From positions 35,416,161 through 35,480,160 of the forward strand of contig NC_057718.1 in the NCBI RefSeq assembly GCF_004010195.1: a stretch of DNA of 64,000 nucleotides, written 5' to 3'. The DNA is from Chiloscyllium plagiosum. Lineage: Eukaryota. Both the position numbers and the translations under genes were made by a program. Of the stretch, positions 14,257 through 25,110 are shown piece after piece. Every line of letters begins with the position of its first letter. Within the stretch, counting starts at the first letter, position 1. The notes beneath the pieces are model-generated. The model was given only the letters and a program-made list of their open reading frames with translations. It ran no database searches and was not told the origin of the DNA.

Positions 14257-14524
14257 AAGTTTAAATGAACTCCTGAGGAGGATAAGATATATTGAAATAT
14301 GATTTGTTACAAAGCAAGTGAATAAGGTGAATTCAGGAAGCAGACGCCCCTGAACAGGAGTCTTTCAGAGACCGGTTTAGGTATAAAATGGCACATAATT
14401 ACATGGCAGCATTTGATAAGATGGAACTTGAGTTTCCATGGAACGGGAGGTAAACAGACAATGTCACTTTACCTCATACGTAAGAATAGGAAACTGAATC
14501 ATAAAATAAAACAATATGTTTGCA

Positions 14525-15031
14525 GTCTGGTGACCTACTAGAGCACTGCAAGGAGTGATGAGAAAGGCAAACAAGTGATAAAGCTGATAAGGCTACAGTT
14601 ATTATGATGAGACAGTATCTGCCACAAATTGAAATCTGTATCAGACGCTAGAAAGGCACAATGAGAAAGTGTGCTACTTCCTAAAATAGGACAGATTTAT
14701 GAACATTGAGAAGGAGTGATATGTATGTGATATACAGCAGAGAAGTGACTATGTAGATAGAGCAAGGGAAGAGCCACTGCAGAATATGGATATGATCATC
14801 CAGGTAGCTGGATCCAGGACAATAGTCAATGGCAATCTGTGAAGAGATTGGGCAATAGTAGGAGGTGGCAGAGAAATAAGAGTATATCTGGAGGTAAATC
14901 AGCACAAGTAGCAAAACCTAGGGCTCTAATCTAGCCAAAGGAAAAGGAAGGAGATCCAAATGGATAGTAGATATGTATTCGTTGTGGACCATGATAATGC
15001 TGGACCAAAGTGCAGAGGTAGGTTGGCTACA
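14525..15031 (+). pseudogene. pol: Endogenous retrovirus pol relic, part 1 (connection/tether and RNase H N-terminal half)
   Basis: Manual translation across stops/frameshifts: LVTY*ST (cf. PVAYYS), KSVSDARKAQ*ESVLLP, EEPLQNMDMIIQVAGSR..VNG..DWAIV (cf. VDGS), GKSAQVAKPRAL (cf. SAQxAELxAL), MDSRYVFVVDHD (cf. TDSRYAFGVVHD). Confidence 0.7.
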
Positions 15032-15664
15032 TCATAGAGTCATTGAGTCATACAGCATGCAAACAGACCCTTCAGTCCAACTAATCCACGCTGATTAAGT
15101 TTCCCAAACTAAACTAGTCCCACTTGTCTGTGTTTGGCCCATATCCCTCCAAATCTTTTCTGTTCCTGTATCTGTCCAAATGTCTTTTAAATGTTGTAAC
15201 TACCACATTCTCTGGCAGTTCATTCGACATCTGAACTATATTTTGTGTAAAAATGTTGCCCCTCAGATCCCTTTTAAATCTTTCTCCTCGCACCTTAAAA
15301 ATATGCTCCCTAGTTTTGAATTCCCCCACCCTAGGGAAAAAGCCCTTGGTATTCACCTTACTTTTGCCCCTCATGATTTTATAAATCTCCAAAAGATCAC
15401 CCCTCAACCTCTTATGCTACAATGAAAGAAGTCCCAGACTCTCCTTATAGCTCAAACCCTTCAGTGCTGACAACATCCTGGTAAGTCTTCTCTGAACCCT
15501 CTCCAATTTAATAATATCCTTCATTGAGCAGGGTGACCAGAACTGTATAGTGTACTCCAAAAGTGTTCTTACCAACATCCTGTGCAACCTCAACATGACG
15601 TCTCAACTCTTATGCTCACTGGTCTGAGCAATGAAGGCAAGTGTGCTAAACGCCTTCTTAACCA

Positions 15665-16221
15665 AAGTTTGTGCGAAGATTTGTAGCTCGGGTGCTCGTT
15701 GTTGTGGTTCTGTTCACTGAGCTGGGAATTTGTGTTGCAGACGTTTTGTCCCCTGTCTACGTAGTATAAAAAATCCCATGCAAGGACTGCACAAAACACT
15801 ACATAGGACAAACAGGAAGACAGCTAACGATCCGCATCTATGAACACCAACTAGCCACGAAACGACACGACCTGCTATTCTTAGTAGCCACACACGTAGG
15901 TGACAAGCAACATGGGTTCGACTGGGACAACACTACTATTATAGGACAAGCCAAACAAAGAAGAGCCAAGGAATTCCTAGAGGCATGGCACTCATCCACT
16001 GATTCAATCAACAAGCATATCGATCTGGACCCAATATACCGACCACTGCAGCGGATAGCTGGAACGGACAACCAGAAGCGGCGGATTCAAACCACTACAA
16101 ATGCCGGAGAAAAGATCACAGAAGCACTTCACAGGAGGCTCCCAAGCACTGAGGATGTCACCTAGACAGTGGACGAAACGTCGCAACACAAATTCCCAGC
16201 TCGGTGAACAGAACCACAACA
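15665..16221 (+). mobile_element. Penelope-like element: GIY-YIG endonuclease fragment with inverted pLTR, hammerhead core and 13-bp TSD
   Basis: Frame from 15761: VV*KIPCKDCTKHYIGQTGRQLTIRIYEHQLA...FDWDNTTIIGQAKQRRAKEFLEAWHS; TSD gccttcttaacca (15652-15664 and 16222-16234); ~15700-15759 is the inverted copy of ~16163-16221. Confidence 0.92.
16146..16186 (+). ncRNA. Minimal type I hammerhead ribozyme motif in PLE terminus
   Basis: CTGAGGA (16149-16155), stem II 'gtcac..gtggac', GAAAC, GTC cleavage triplet (16180-16182). Confidence 0.7.
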
Positions 16222-16442
16222 GCCTTCTTAACCACCCTGCCTGATGTGATGCAACTTTCAGAGAACTATGGACCTGAACCCCTAGGTTCCCCTTTTTAAC
16301 AACACTAGCCATGGTCATACCTTTAACTGTATAAGTGCTACCCCTCTTTGCATTTCATTTATCCACCTGCTACTCCTCAGCCCGTTGACCCAATTGTTCA
16401 AGAGAACTTTGTAATCTTAGATAACCTTCTTCACTGTCCACT

Positions 16443-17180
16443 GAAGCAATCCAACTGAGGAGTTAGTCAAAGACCTTAAAGGTTTGAGAATAAAGGCCTT
16501 TCAAGAATGGTAGCGATCATAAAAATAAAGGCACATCAGAATTCTCTGGAACATTTGGGTAATAATTAACCCGGCACGGTGGCTCAGTGGTTAGCACAGC
16601 GCCAGGGACCCAGGTTCAATTCCAGCCTCAGGTGACTGTCTGTGTGGAGTTTGCACATTCTCCCTGTGTCTGCGTGGGTTTCTTCTGGGCACTCCGGTTT
16701 CCAAAAGATGTGGTCAGGTGAATTGGCCATGCAAACATTGCCCATGGTGTTAGGTGTATTAGTCAACGGTAAATATAAGGTAGGGGGTTGGGTTACTAAT
16801 TGGAGGTTGGTGTGGATTTTTGGGCCAAAAGGCCTGTTTCCATACTGTAGGGAATCTAATTTAATAACCTGACAAAACAACAAGGAAAATGAATGAGAAT
16901 TAAAAGGAGAAATGATAGCTGCAATGCCAAAAGCACAAGAGCGAGTCATTGAAGTAAACCGTATACCTTGCAGCTAGGGAAGAACGGAAAGAACAGGGAG
17001 TGGAGGAAGATGTAGACAGGGTGTGGAGGAAAGATGGGAATGTTATAACTCCAAAGGAAATCTGACGAATGTTACTGGAAGTATGCCATGGAAGCCAACA
17101 TACGAGATGGGACAATATGTTGAACATCTTAAAAAGATGCTGGTGGTGGGATGAGATTGGAAGTAATTGCGTGCAAAGTA
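16443..17180 (+). pseudogene. pol: Endogenous retrovirus pol relic, part 2 (RNase H C-terminus and integrase N-terminal Zn domain), split by a SINE
   Basis: RMVAIIKIKAHQNSLEHLGNN before the SINE; afterwards KEQGVEEDVDRVWRKDGNVITPKEI*RMLLEVCHGSQHTRWDNMLNILKRCWWWDEIG (HHCC-region-like). Confidence 0.72.
16572..16862 (+). mobile_element. HE1-type V-SINE nested in ERV relic
   Basis: Same family motifs; tail ggaatctaat. Confidence 0.9.
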
Positions 17181-17224
17181 TTACTGGCAGTATACCACTG
17201 TCACCTCCACCTTTAAGTCTGAGC

Positions 17225-17660
17225 CAGTTGTGTTTTCATAGAGAGTAAGATTCTGCTCTTTATTTCAACTGTCTTTGTTCAAACTCCTTTACCTGTTACT
17301 TTTCCTGAAGTTTGGTCCCTTTACTTCTAGCTCTTTCCTCTCATTCCCATTTCTCTTGCTCTCTTTCATCACCTTCCCTACCTTTCTCTTGTTTTTCTTT
17401 CCTTCTCTCTTTCTTCTGTTTGCCTCTCTTTCTTAGTTTCTGTTACTTCTTGCCTTTCCTTTTCCTTATCGTGAATTTATAATTTCCACTGCTCCAATTT
17501 TAATCTGTTTAACGTCACTCTATCCATTTCATCATCCGCACCATCGTATTCCTTGGCTACTCCTTCCAAAATTTCAGTTTTCCTATCTAATCCCAAGTGC
17601 CTGACAACATCATTCAACTGTTCGAGGGTCGGAACTTTTAAATACTAACAAGTAACTTCC
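17225..17660 (-). mobile_element. Possible decayed LTR-retrotransposon gag N-terminus (coiled-coil, Gmr1/SCAN-Gypsy-like)
   Basis: Minus strand reads VVRHLGLDRKTEILEGVA..MDRVTLNRLKLEQWKL then an E/K/R-rich purine tract; no catalytic motif seen. Confidence 0.35.
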
Positions 17661-18801
17661 CCCAATTCTGCTCTGAATGTGCTGACATGGAATGTTGACA
17701 TGTTGATACTGTAGTTGTGCAAACTCAAGAAAGTTTTATGAAATTGGTTTTAAAGTGACAACCTACCCACTTGAAATTCATCTATGGGTTCAAGTACCAA
17801 ACAAGCTTTCTACTTGTACAATATTCCCAAGTTGTTTTAGTTCCTAAATTGTTAAGTCGCTGGGTAAGGAGAGATGAACTGCCTCCCCTTCTTTATTCAC
17901 CTGTTCCTTGGTTGGCCACAACAACGCTAATTCAGAAGGAATTCCCTCATGCGTGGATACCTTTCTCCCAGACCCTAATGAATTTACATTGTATGATGAA
18001 TCAATTTCATCAGGCTTTCTTGAACTAGTAAGAATGAGATTATTGGTTTCGAAAAGCATGAAGAAATAACAATGCAAACAAACATAGACACAGATTAGAA
18101 ATGAGAAGTGAGTCCTTAAGTTAGTGCAAGTTATAAAGCATCTAGGGAGGTCTCCATGGGTCATTTGTGAAGAACATGATAGCGGAACATAAATATATGA
18201 ATAGTCAGTTTTGTTATTTTTGGATTTGCTGATTAGTTGAAATTCTTTTGTCCTGTTTCCTTTTGATGGTAGCTAGCTAACGATACTCAAAGCAAGATGG
18301 CTCTTCTTCTATGACTCGGAGTGACAGAGAGTCAATTATCTGTAAAGCAGGTGTGACTAATAGGTGGTTCTTTAAATGTGACTTTCACAACACACTAGCA
18401 CTTGAACCCACATCTAACACACACATCTATCTCAGCCAACTGGCACAATCAAATACTTCAGCTCTCTGCCACACCTTCTTCCCCTATCACACACAGATCC
18501 GGGTTGAACTCACTCTTAACCCCTGTTCTTGCAGAGAAGACACAGAAATGCCTCTCATCTAGACTGCAGTCTTACCTCCCATCATATTCATAATTTGAAA
18601 CAACTCCCAAGGGATTACCATTCAGTATGCATTTCTCCCTTTTACGTCCATCTCTTCGAAACTTCCTTGATACCTCACCAGTTGTGATGTTCCAGGTTCT
18701 CTCACTCCAGACAGCCACTGAATTTACATTTGCAATCATCTTTCAGCAATATGTCCCTCTTAAAAAGAAGACATATTGGAAATAAAAATTTAATACCTCC
18801 G

Positions 18802-19012
18802 TTAAAAATCACACAACACCAGGTTATAGTCCAACTGGTTTAACTGGAAGCACTATAGCTTTCAGAGCACTGCTCCTTCATCAGACAACCACCTGATGAA
18901 GGAGCAGCGCTCCAGAAACTAGTGCTTCCAATTAAATCTGTTAGACTATAACCTAGTTTTGTGTGATTTTTAACTTTGTACACCCCAGTACAACGTTGGC
19001 ATCTCCAAATCA
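18802..19012. mobile_element. Fold-back Penelope-derived insert with hammerhead cores and 12-bp TSD
   Basis: Arms 18802-18884 and 18893-18974 inverted; minus-strand CTGATGA-aggagcagtgctct-GAAA-gcta; TSD ttaatacctccg (18790-18801) / ttaatatctccg (19013-19024). Confidence 0.85.
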
Positions 19013-19943
19013 TTAATATCTCCGCAAATACTTTGGAATTTCTCCATCATTATGACTGAAATGTTTGCCTTGCAAACTCTTTCTTGTGTTTGCATAATTA
19101 TTTAATTGTCAACTCATGCCTATGTAAAACCAATTATAGTTGTTTGGTGTAAGTTTTTATCTTTGGGAAACAGGGAGATGTGTTCTGTCTCATAGTCAAT
19201 ACATCAGTATACTGTGAAGAGGTGTGCTAATGATGTCATCATTGTACTATAGCATGTCACCTGATGTTGTAAAGCTCTCATACTCTATCTTAATCCTAGA
19301 TCACTAGAAGCATAAAACCCAGTTGAAAACATGTACCCCTACTGTAACCTTGCCTGATAATATTTGTACATAACAGTTAGCTGTAGTAAAATCTGTTGGA
19401 TTTCCCAATGTCATGGTATCCATACCCAGTGTTATGTTTTGGAGAAACATAAGTATGAGGCAAAATATCTTGTTGGGACGATATCACATTAATCTTCGCA
19501 CCCCAATGCCAACTGAGGGCCTTAAATGGACAATTAATGCGTAACTAAGGGCTTCCTTCCACATTACTGGTATTTGACTAAAAGTAGTCCAGGGCCTCAC
19601 ATGCAACAATCTTGAAAAAGCAAACAGTGTCAGGATTGCTTACAGCCAGGCGGCAAGGATTGCTGGTGGAGGACAACATTTCAAAGGCTCTCAGTGTCTG
19701 ATTAAGAGGCCTGAAGTTGGGAAGTGGGAGCACAGTGACACCGACTGTCTTGCCCTTGCTGCCCACTGCCTCTGTCCACTCTGTTGTAAACCTTTACCCA
19801 TGGCCTCCATCCTGTTATCACTCACTGAGCCTCTCCCTGGTGTATTGCCAACTACAGCTATCATTTGCATTGTAGCTGTTGAACAATATACACAACTACT
19901 CACATTAGGTTGTCCAACAGCTCTCTGGGAAGCAGCAATTCTG

Positions 19944-19963
19944 CTGTGTGTGTGTGTGTGTGT
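19944..19963 (+). repeat. (GT)n microsatellite
   Basis: Direct reading. Confidence 0.9.
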
Positions 19964-21369
19964 GGCCTAGACAGCTGGGGGTATGACCTCCAATGTTCAG
20001 CGAAGTGAGGAAGTGGTGCACAAATGGCTAGAGTCAAAATAATAAAAAACTCTGAGGTCAGTTGTAAACTTAAAGAATAGAGCACGGTTAAAGAGAGACA
20101 CTCAGGGCCATGACAGATTTAATAACCCTTGTTATGCTGATAAGGATAAACTGGGGAGGCACTTACTTAAAAGTCATGGGAAGTAAGACAGAATTTACCT
20201 TTCGTCATCCAAACATTCTCCTAAATGTCCTAAATATTAACGTAAGGGAACCATTGACAGTATTGTTAAGAATGTGTATAATTCATAAAATTCTACTTTG
20301 AGGAAGACAAGTAATAGATTCAAAAAAACAGAAAAAACATGAGGCTAGATCTTCTTCTGCTGATTTTATTGTACTCAGCTGGGAGCACCATTTTGGTGTA
20401 AATCAACTGTACAATGTAATTATGATGCACCAAATAGAATAATAAGCTGCCTAATTAGATGTATCTGTACTACAAATAGGCATGATCCAGTGTTACATAA
20501 AACAAATTTCAAAAAATGATCTAAAACGTGAGTCACTGTGGTACTGGGTGAAGGGTTTAAAGCAGTTTGGGTTTGTACAGGTTTCACTCAAATGCCACAT
20601 TTCATTCATCTTCTTAAGGTTCAATGTTTTTAAGGTCATACTAATAAGTGTTATGGACAGCATTTTTTTCATTTGTCAATCAAAGTAAACTGCTTTGGGG
20701 TGATGAAATTTAGCTGTTTATAAGCCAACATATATAAAGTTGAGTTCATGATACACCATTTAGTTAAACAACTGAAAAACATGTCGATCTTCTTGTCTCC
20801 TAGGGATAGCAATTAATTTGGCCTCCCTTTCAGGTCCAAACACAAAGAGACCTGATGATAGCCTAGCTCAGGGTTCCATTCTTAACTGTACAGGAGTCAC
20901 ATCAGCTCTCGAGCCTCCTCAAACCCTCCCTAATTGAGGGCTAGTGATAGCAAAGCCTGAGAGTGGTGACCCCATTGGATATGTGGCTTGTGGATTTGAG
21001 ACCAGCATGGCAGCTTATCCATATTATTTAGATGACATCCAAGGAATCATTTCCATTGATTGTGGGGCACTTTATGTGGGCATGGTGCCTCTGCAACATT
21101 GAGCTGGAGCCTGACAACAAGCCTAAACTCATTTCTATGCCAGTTTGATATGATTCCTTCCAATAATCTTATTCTTGAAGCAAACTATATTAATTATGGA
21201 TCCTTCAATCTACCAATGATATTCTTCACTTCACATGAGTGACACCCATCAGTCAGTAACATGAGTAAAATTTCTATTGTACAATCTGCTCTCCTACTAT
21301 AGTCTTCACTGAAGGCTATTTAATTCAAAAACTAGCCACTGATTCCACTTTGCGTTCGCCAAGATCCCA

Positions 21370-21392
21370 CTTATTTATTTATTTATTTATTT
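21370..21392 (+). repeat. (TTTA)n microsatellite
   Basis: Direct reading. Confidence 0.85.
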
Positions 21393-22342
21393 TGCTGTGT
21401 TCAAAGTATTGGGAAATTATTATTGAATCATAACACAGAATTATATAAAGAATTATTGGGAAACCACCTGCAGGTACAAAATCCCTCCCTGCTGCAATTT
21501 AATGTGTTGAAGTTAAAAACACAGACCACCTCACACTATCTAAAAACAGAAGTTGGAACCTATCTGTAATTAGACTAGATTGGCAGCTACTACATTTAAA
21601 GATTTGTTGGGGTATAGCAATATAAAATCTTATTCCCATTTATATCAAATGCTAGGTTATGTATTTGGATAAATGCGATAAGATAGAAACCAATCTTTTA
21701 CACTGATATCAGAAAGAAACTCTTACGTACTCTGTAATTCAAACTGCTGCCTTTCAATCTTTACGTGAAAATATGATTAACATGAAAAGTTGTTTCTGTA
21801 GTGTGGCTTAGTTGGTAAGCTATCATGGGAAAGCTTGAGACAGACAGAGGATCATTCGATGTAACTTAGGCTGGAGATACTGGTGCGAGGTTGCGACCTT
21901 GATTCTGTGCTCCATGCCTGCAACTCGTGAGCCTTCACATCAGCAGTACCACATCACAATTTGTGTCCTTCAATCTATTGCAAAGTCTTATGTACCATTT
22001 CAGAATTTAACCCCTGTATGTGTTCTAAAATGACCAAATCCAGAACAGCAATTGTGAGTTTAATTGGCAAGTGCAAATGGGAACAGGGTAGAATATGCTG
22101 TGATGTCCTCTATAGAGAGACAGCAGTTGATAGTTTCCAGTGTTCATGCATGTGAATGGCAAATTTGAGCAAATACTACTCATGCCTGTGGAACTATTTC
22201 CTAGATACCATGCTAGGAAGTTGAACCCTTTTTCAGAAGAGCAGAGAAAACATAAACAGAAACAGAAGGAAGAAAGAAATTACCTTCATTTTTATAAGGA
22301 ATTATCACTATCTAAGATGATTCTGAACACTTCACACACAAC

Positions 22343-25110
22343 CATAAGACCATAAGACATAGGAGCAGAATTAGGTCATTCGGCCATTGAGTCTGCTGTG
22401 TCATTCGATCATGGCTGATATGTTTCTCAACCATATTCCCCTGCCTTCTCCTTATAACCCTTGATTCTCTTACAAATCAAGAACCTATCCATTTCTGTCT
22501 TAAAAACTCTCAATGATTTGGCCTCCACAGCCTTCTGCGGCAATAGGTTCCACAGACTCCCCACCATCTGGCTATAGAAATTACTCCGCATCTCAGTTGT
22601 AATGGGTCATTCCTTCACTCTGAGGCTGAGTGCTCAGGTCCTTGTCTCTTTTACTATGTGGAAGCATCTTCTCCATGTTCATTCTATCCATGCCTCTCAG
22701 TATTCTGTAAGTTTTATTGTGATTTCCCCTCATCTTTCTGAAGTATATCGAGTACAGACTGAGAGTCCTCAACCATTCCACATGTGACAAGTCCTTCATC
22801 CCCGGGACTATTCTTGTAAACCTCCTCTGGACCCCCTCCAACGCTAGCACATCCTTCCTTGAATACAGGGTTCAAAACTGCTCACAATCTTCCAAATGGG
22901 GTCTGACCAGAGTCTTCTACATCCTCAGTAGTACATCTCTGTTCTTATATTCTAGCCTTCTTGAAATAAATGCTAACATTACATTTGCCTTCCCAACTGC
23001 CAACTGAACCTGCATGTTAACCTTAAGAGAATCCTGAACTTGGACCCCCAAGTCCGTTTGTGCTTCAGATTTCTGAAGGTTTTTCCCATTTAGACAATAG
23101 TCAATACCTCTATTCTTCCTATCACAGCGCACAAACTCACATTTTTCCACATTGCATTCCACCTGCCTCTTCTTTGCCCATTCTCTTAACCTGTCCAAGT
23201 CCTTCTGCAGCCTCCCCACTTACGCAACACTACCTGTCCCTCCACCTATCTATGCGCCATCTGCAACAGTGCCTCAGTTCCTTTGTCCAGGTTGTTAATA
23301 TAGAACATGAATCATTGTGGTCCCAACACTGGCCCCTGCAGAACTTCACTAGTCACTGGTTGCCATCCTAAAAATGCCCTTTTATCCCCACTCTTTGCTT
23401 TCTGCCAGTCAGCCAATCCTCTACCTATGTCAGAACCTTACCCCTTATTTTCTTTCGCAGCCTCCAATGCAGTACCTTGTCAAAGGTCTTCAAGAAATCC
23501 AAACAAAGGATTCTAACAGACTTGACAGGAATGACCTCCCCTTGATGAAGCCATGTTGACTCAGCTCTATTTTATATGCACTTCCAAGTACTACGCAATC
23601 TGATCCTTAATAATGGACTCTAAAATTTTACCAACAACCGAGTCAGGCTCACCAATCTATCAGTTCCTGTTTTCTACCTCCCTCCTTACTTAAACAGAGA
23701 AGTTAGATTAGCCATTTTCCAGTGTTCTGATACCCTCCCTGACTCTAAAAATGCTTGAAAGATCACCATTAATGCCTTTACAATCTCTTCAGCTATGTCC
23801 TTCAGAACTCTAGGGTGTAATTCATCTGTTACAGGTGAATTATTCACCTTCAGACCTTTCAGCTCCCCCAGAACCTTCTCCTTTGTAATGGCCACTATAC
23901 ACACCTCTGCCCCTGACCATCTTGAAGCTCTGGTAAGTTCTTTCATTGTGAAAATTGATGCAAAGTAACTATTCCGTTCTGCCACATTTTTTCATTCCCT
24001 GCAACTACTTGTCCAACCTCATTTTCAAATGGTCTGATGTCCACTGTTGGCTCTCTGTTTATATATCTAAAAAAAAACTCTTGCAATCTTCCTTTATATT
24101 ACTAGCTGGCTTACCCTCATATTTCACCTTCTATTTCCACCACTACCACGGCCCTCCCCCATCTCCACTGCTTTTTTACTTATCCTCTACTGTTTTTGTT
24201 TAAGTCCCCAGTCCATTGGCTTTCCACTGATCTTCACACGTTGTCTGCTTTTCTTTTGCTTTTATGCTGTCCCTAACTTCCTTTATCAGCCATAGTTACC
24301 TCGTCTCCCCATTGCTATGTTTCTTCTTCCTTGGAAGGAATTTCTGCTGTGCCTCCCAAATTATCCCCAGAACCTCCTGCCATTACTGTTTCACCATCTT
24401 TCCTGCTAGGGTTCCTCTTCAATCAATTCTGGCCAACTCCTCCCTCATATCTTTGTAGTTACCTTTACTCAACTATAATACCATTACAACTGATTCCAGC
24501 TTCTCCGTCTCAAAGAATAGGGTGAATTCTATCATATTATGATCACTGCACCCTTGGGGTTCCTACACCTTAAGTTCCCTAATCAAGTCTGCCTCAGTAC
24601 ACATCAGCAAATCCAGAATTGTCTGTTCCCTATTGAGCTCTCCACAAGCCATTCCAATAAACCATCTTGTAGACATTCTACAAATTCTTTTTCTTGAGAT
24701 CCACTGTCAACCTGATTTTCCCAGTCCACCTGCATATTGAAGCCCCCATGATTATTGTAAAAGTGCCTTTCTTAAATTCCTTTTCTAACTACTGATTTAA
24801 TTTCTTCCCCACATCCTGACTACCACTGGGAGGCCTGTACATAAATCCCATCAGGGTCTTTTCTCCCCTTATGCCTTCTGACTCTATATCAATTCTTGTT
24901 ATCATTTTAATTTCATTTCTTATTAATAAGGCAAGCCTGTTCCCTCTGCCCACCTGCCTGTCCTTTTGATAGAACATGTATCTTTAGATATTTAGTTCCC
25001 AGCCCTTGTAGTCATGACTCTGTGATACCCACAACATCATACCTGCCAATTTAAATCTGAGCCAAAAGCTCATTTACTTTGCTTTGTATAGTGCATGAAT
25101 GTTAGTACAA
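22343..25110 (-). mobile_element. CR1-type LINE, long decayed copy (APE endonuclease to RT to 3' UTR)
   Basis: Minus ORFs: KTLMGFMYRPPSG (APE), LHPRVLKDIAEEI..WKMANLTSLFK, LQKDLDRLREWAKK, LEGVQRRFTRIVPG; tail repeat at 22343-22361. Confidence 0.92.

Larger units (their letters stand above)
15032..16442 (-). mobile_element. CR1-type LINE 3' part, inserted in the ERV relic and itself interrupted by a PLE
   Basis: ORF 15114-15407 (RGDLLEIYKIMRG..RDLRGNIFTQ); tail at 15032; continues 16222-16442 after the PLE. Confidence 0.9.
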
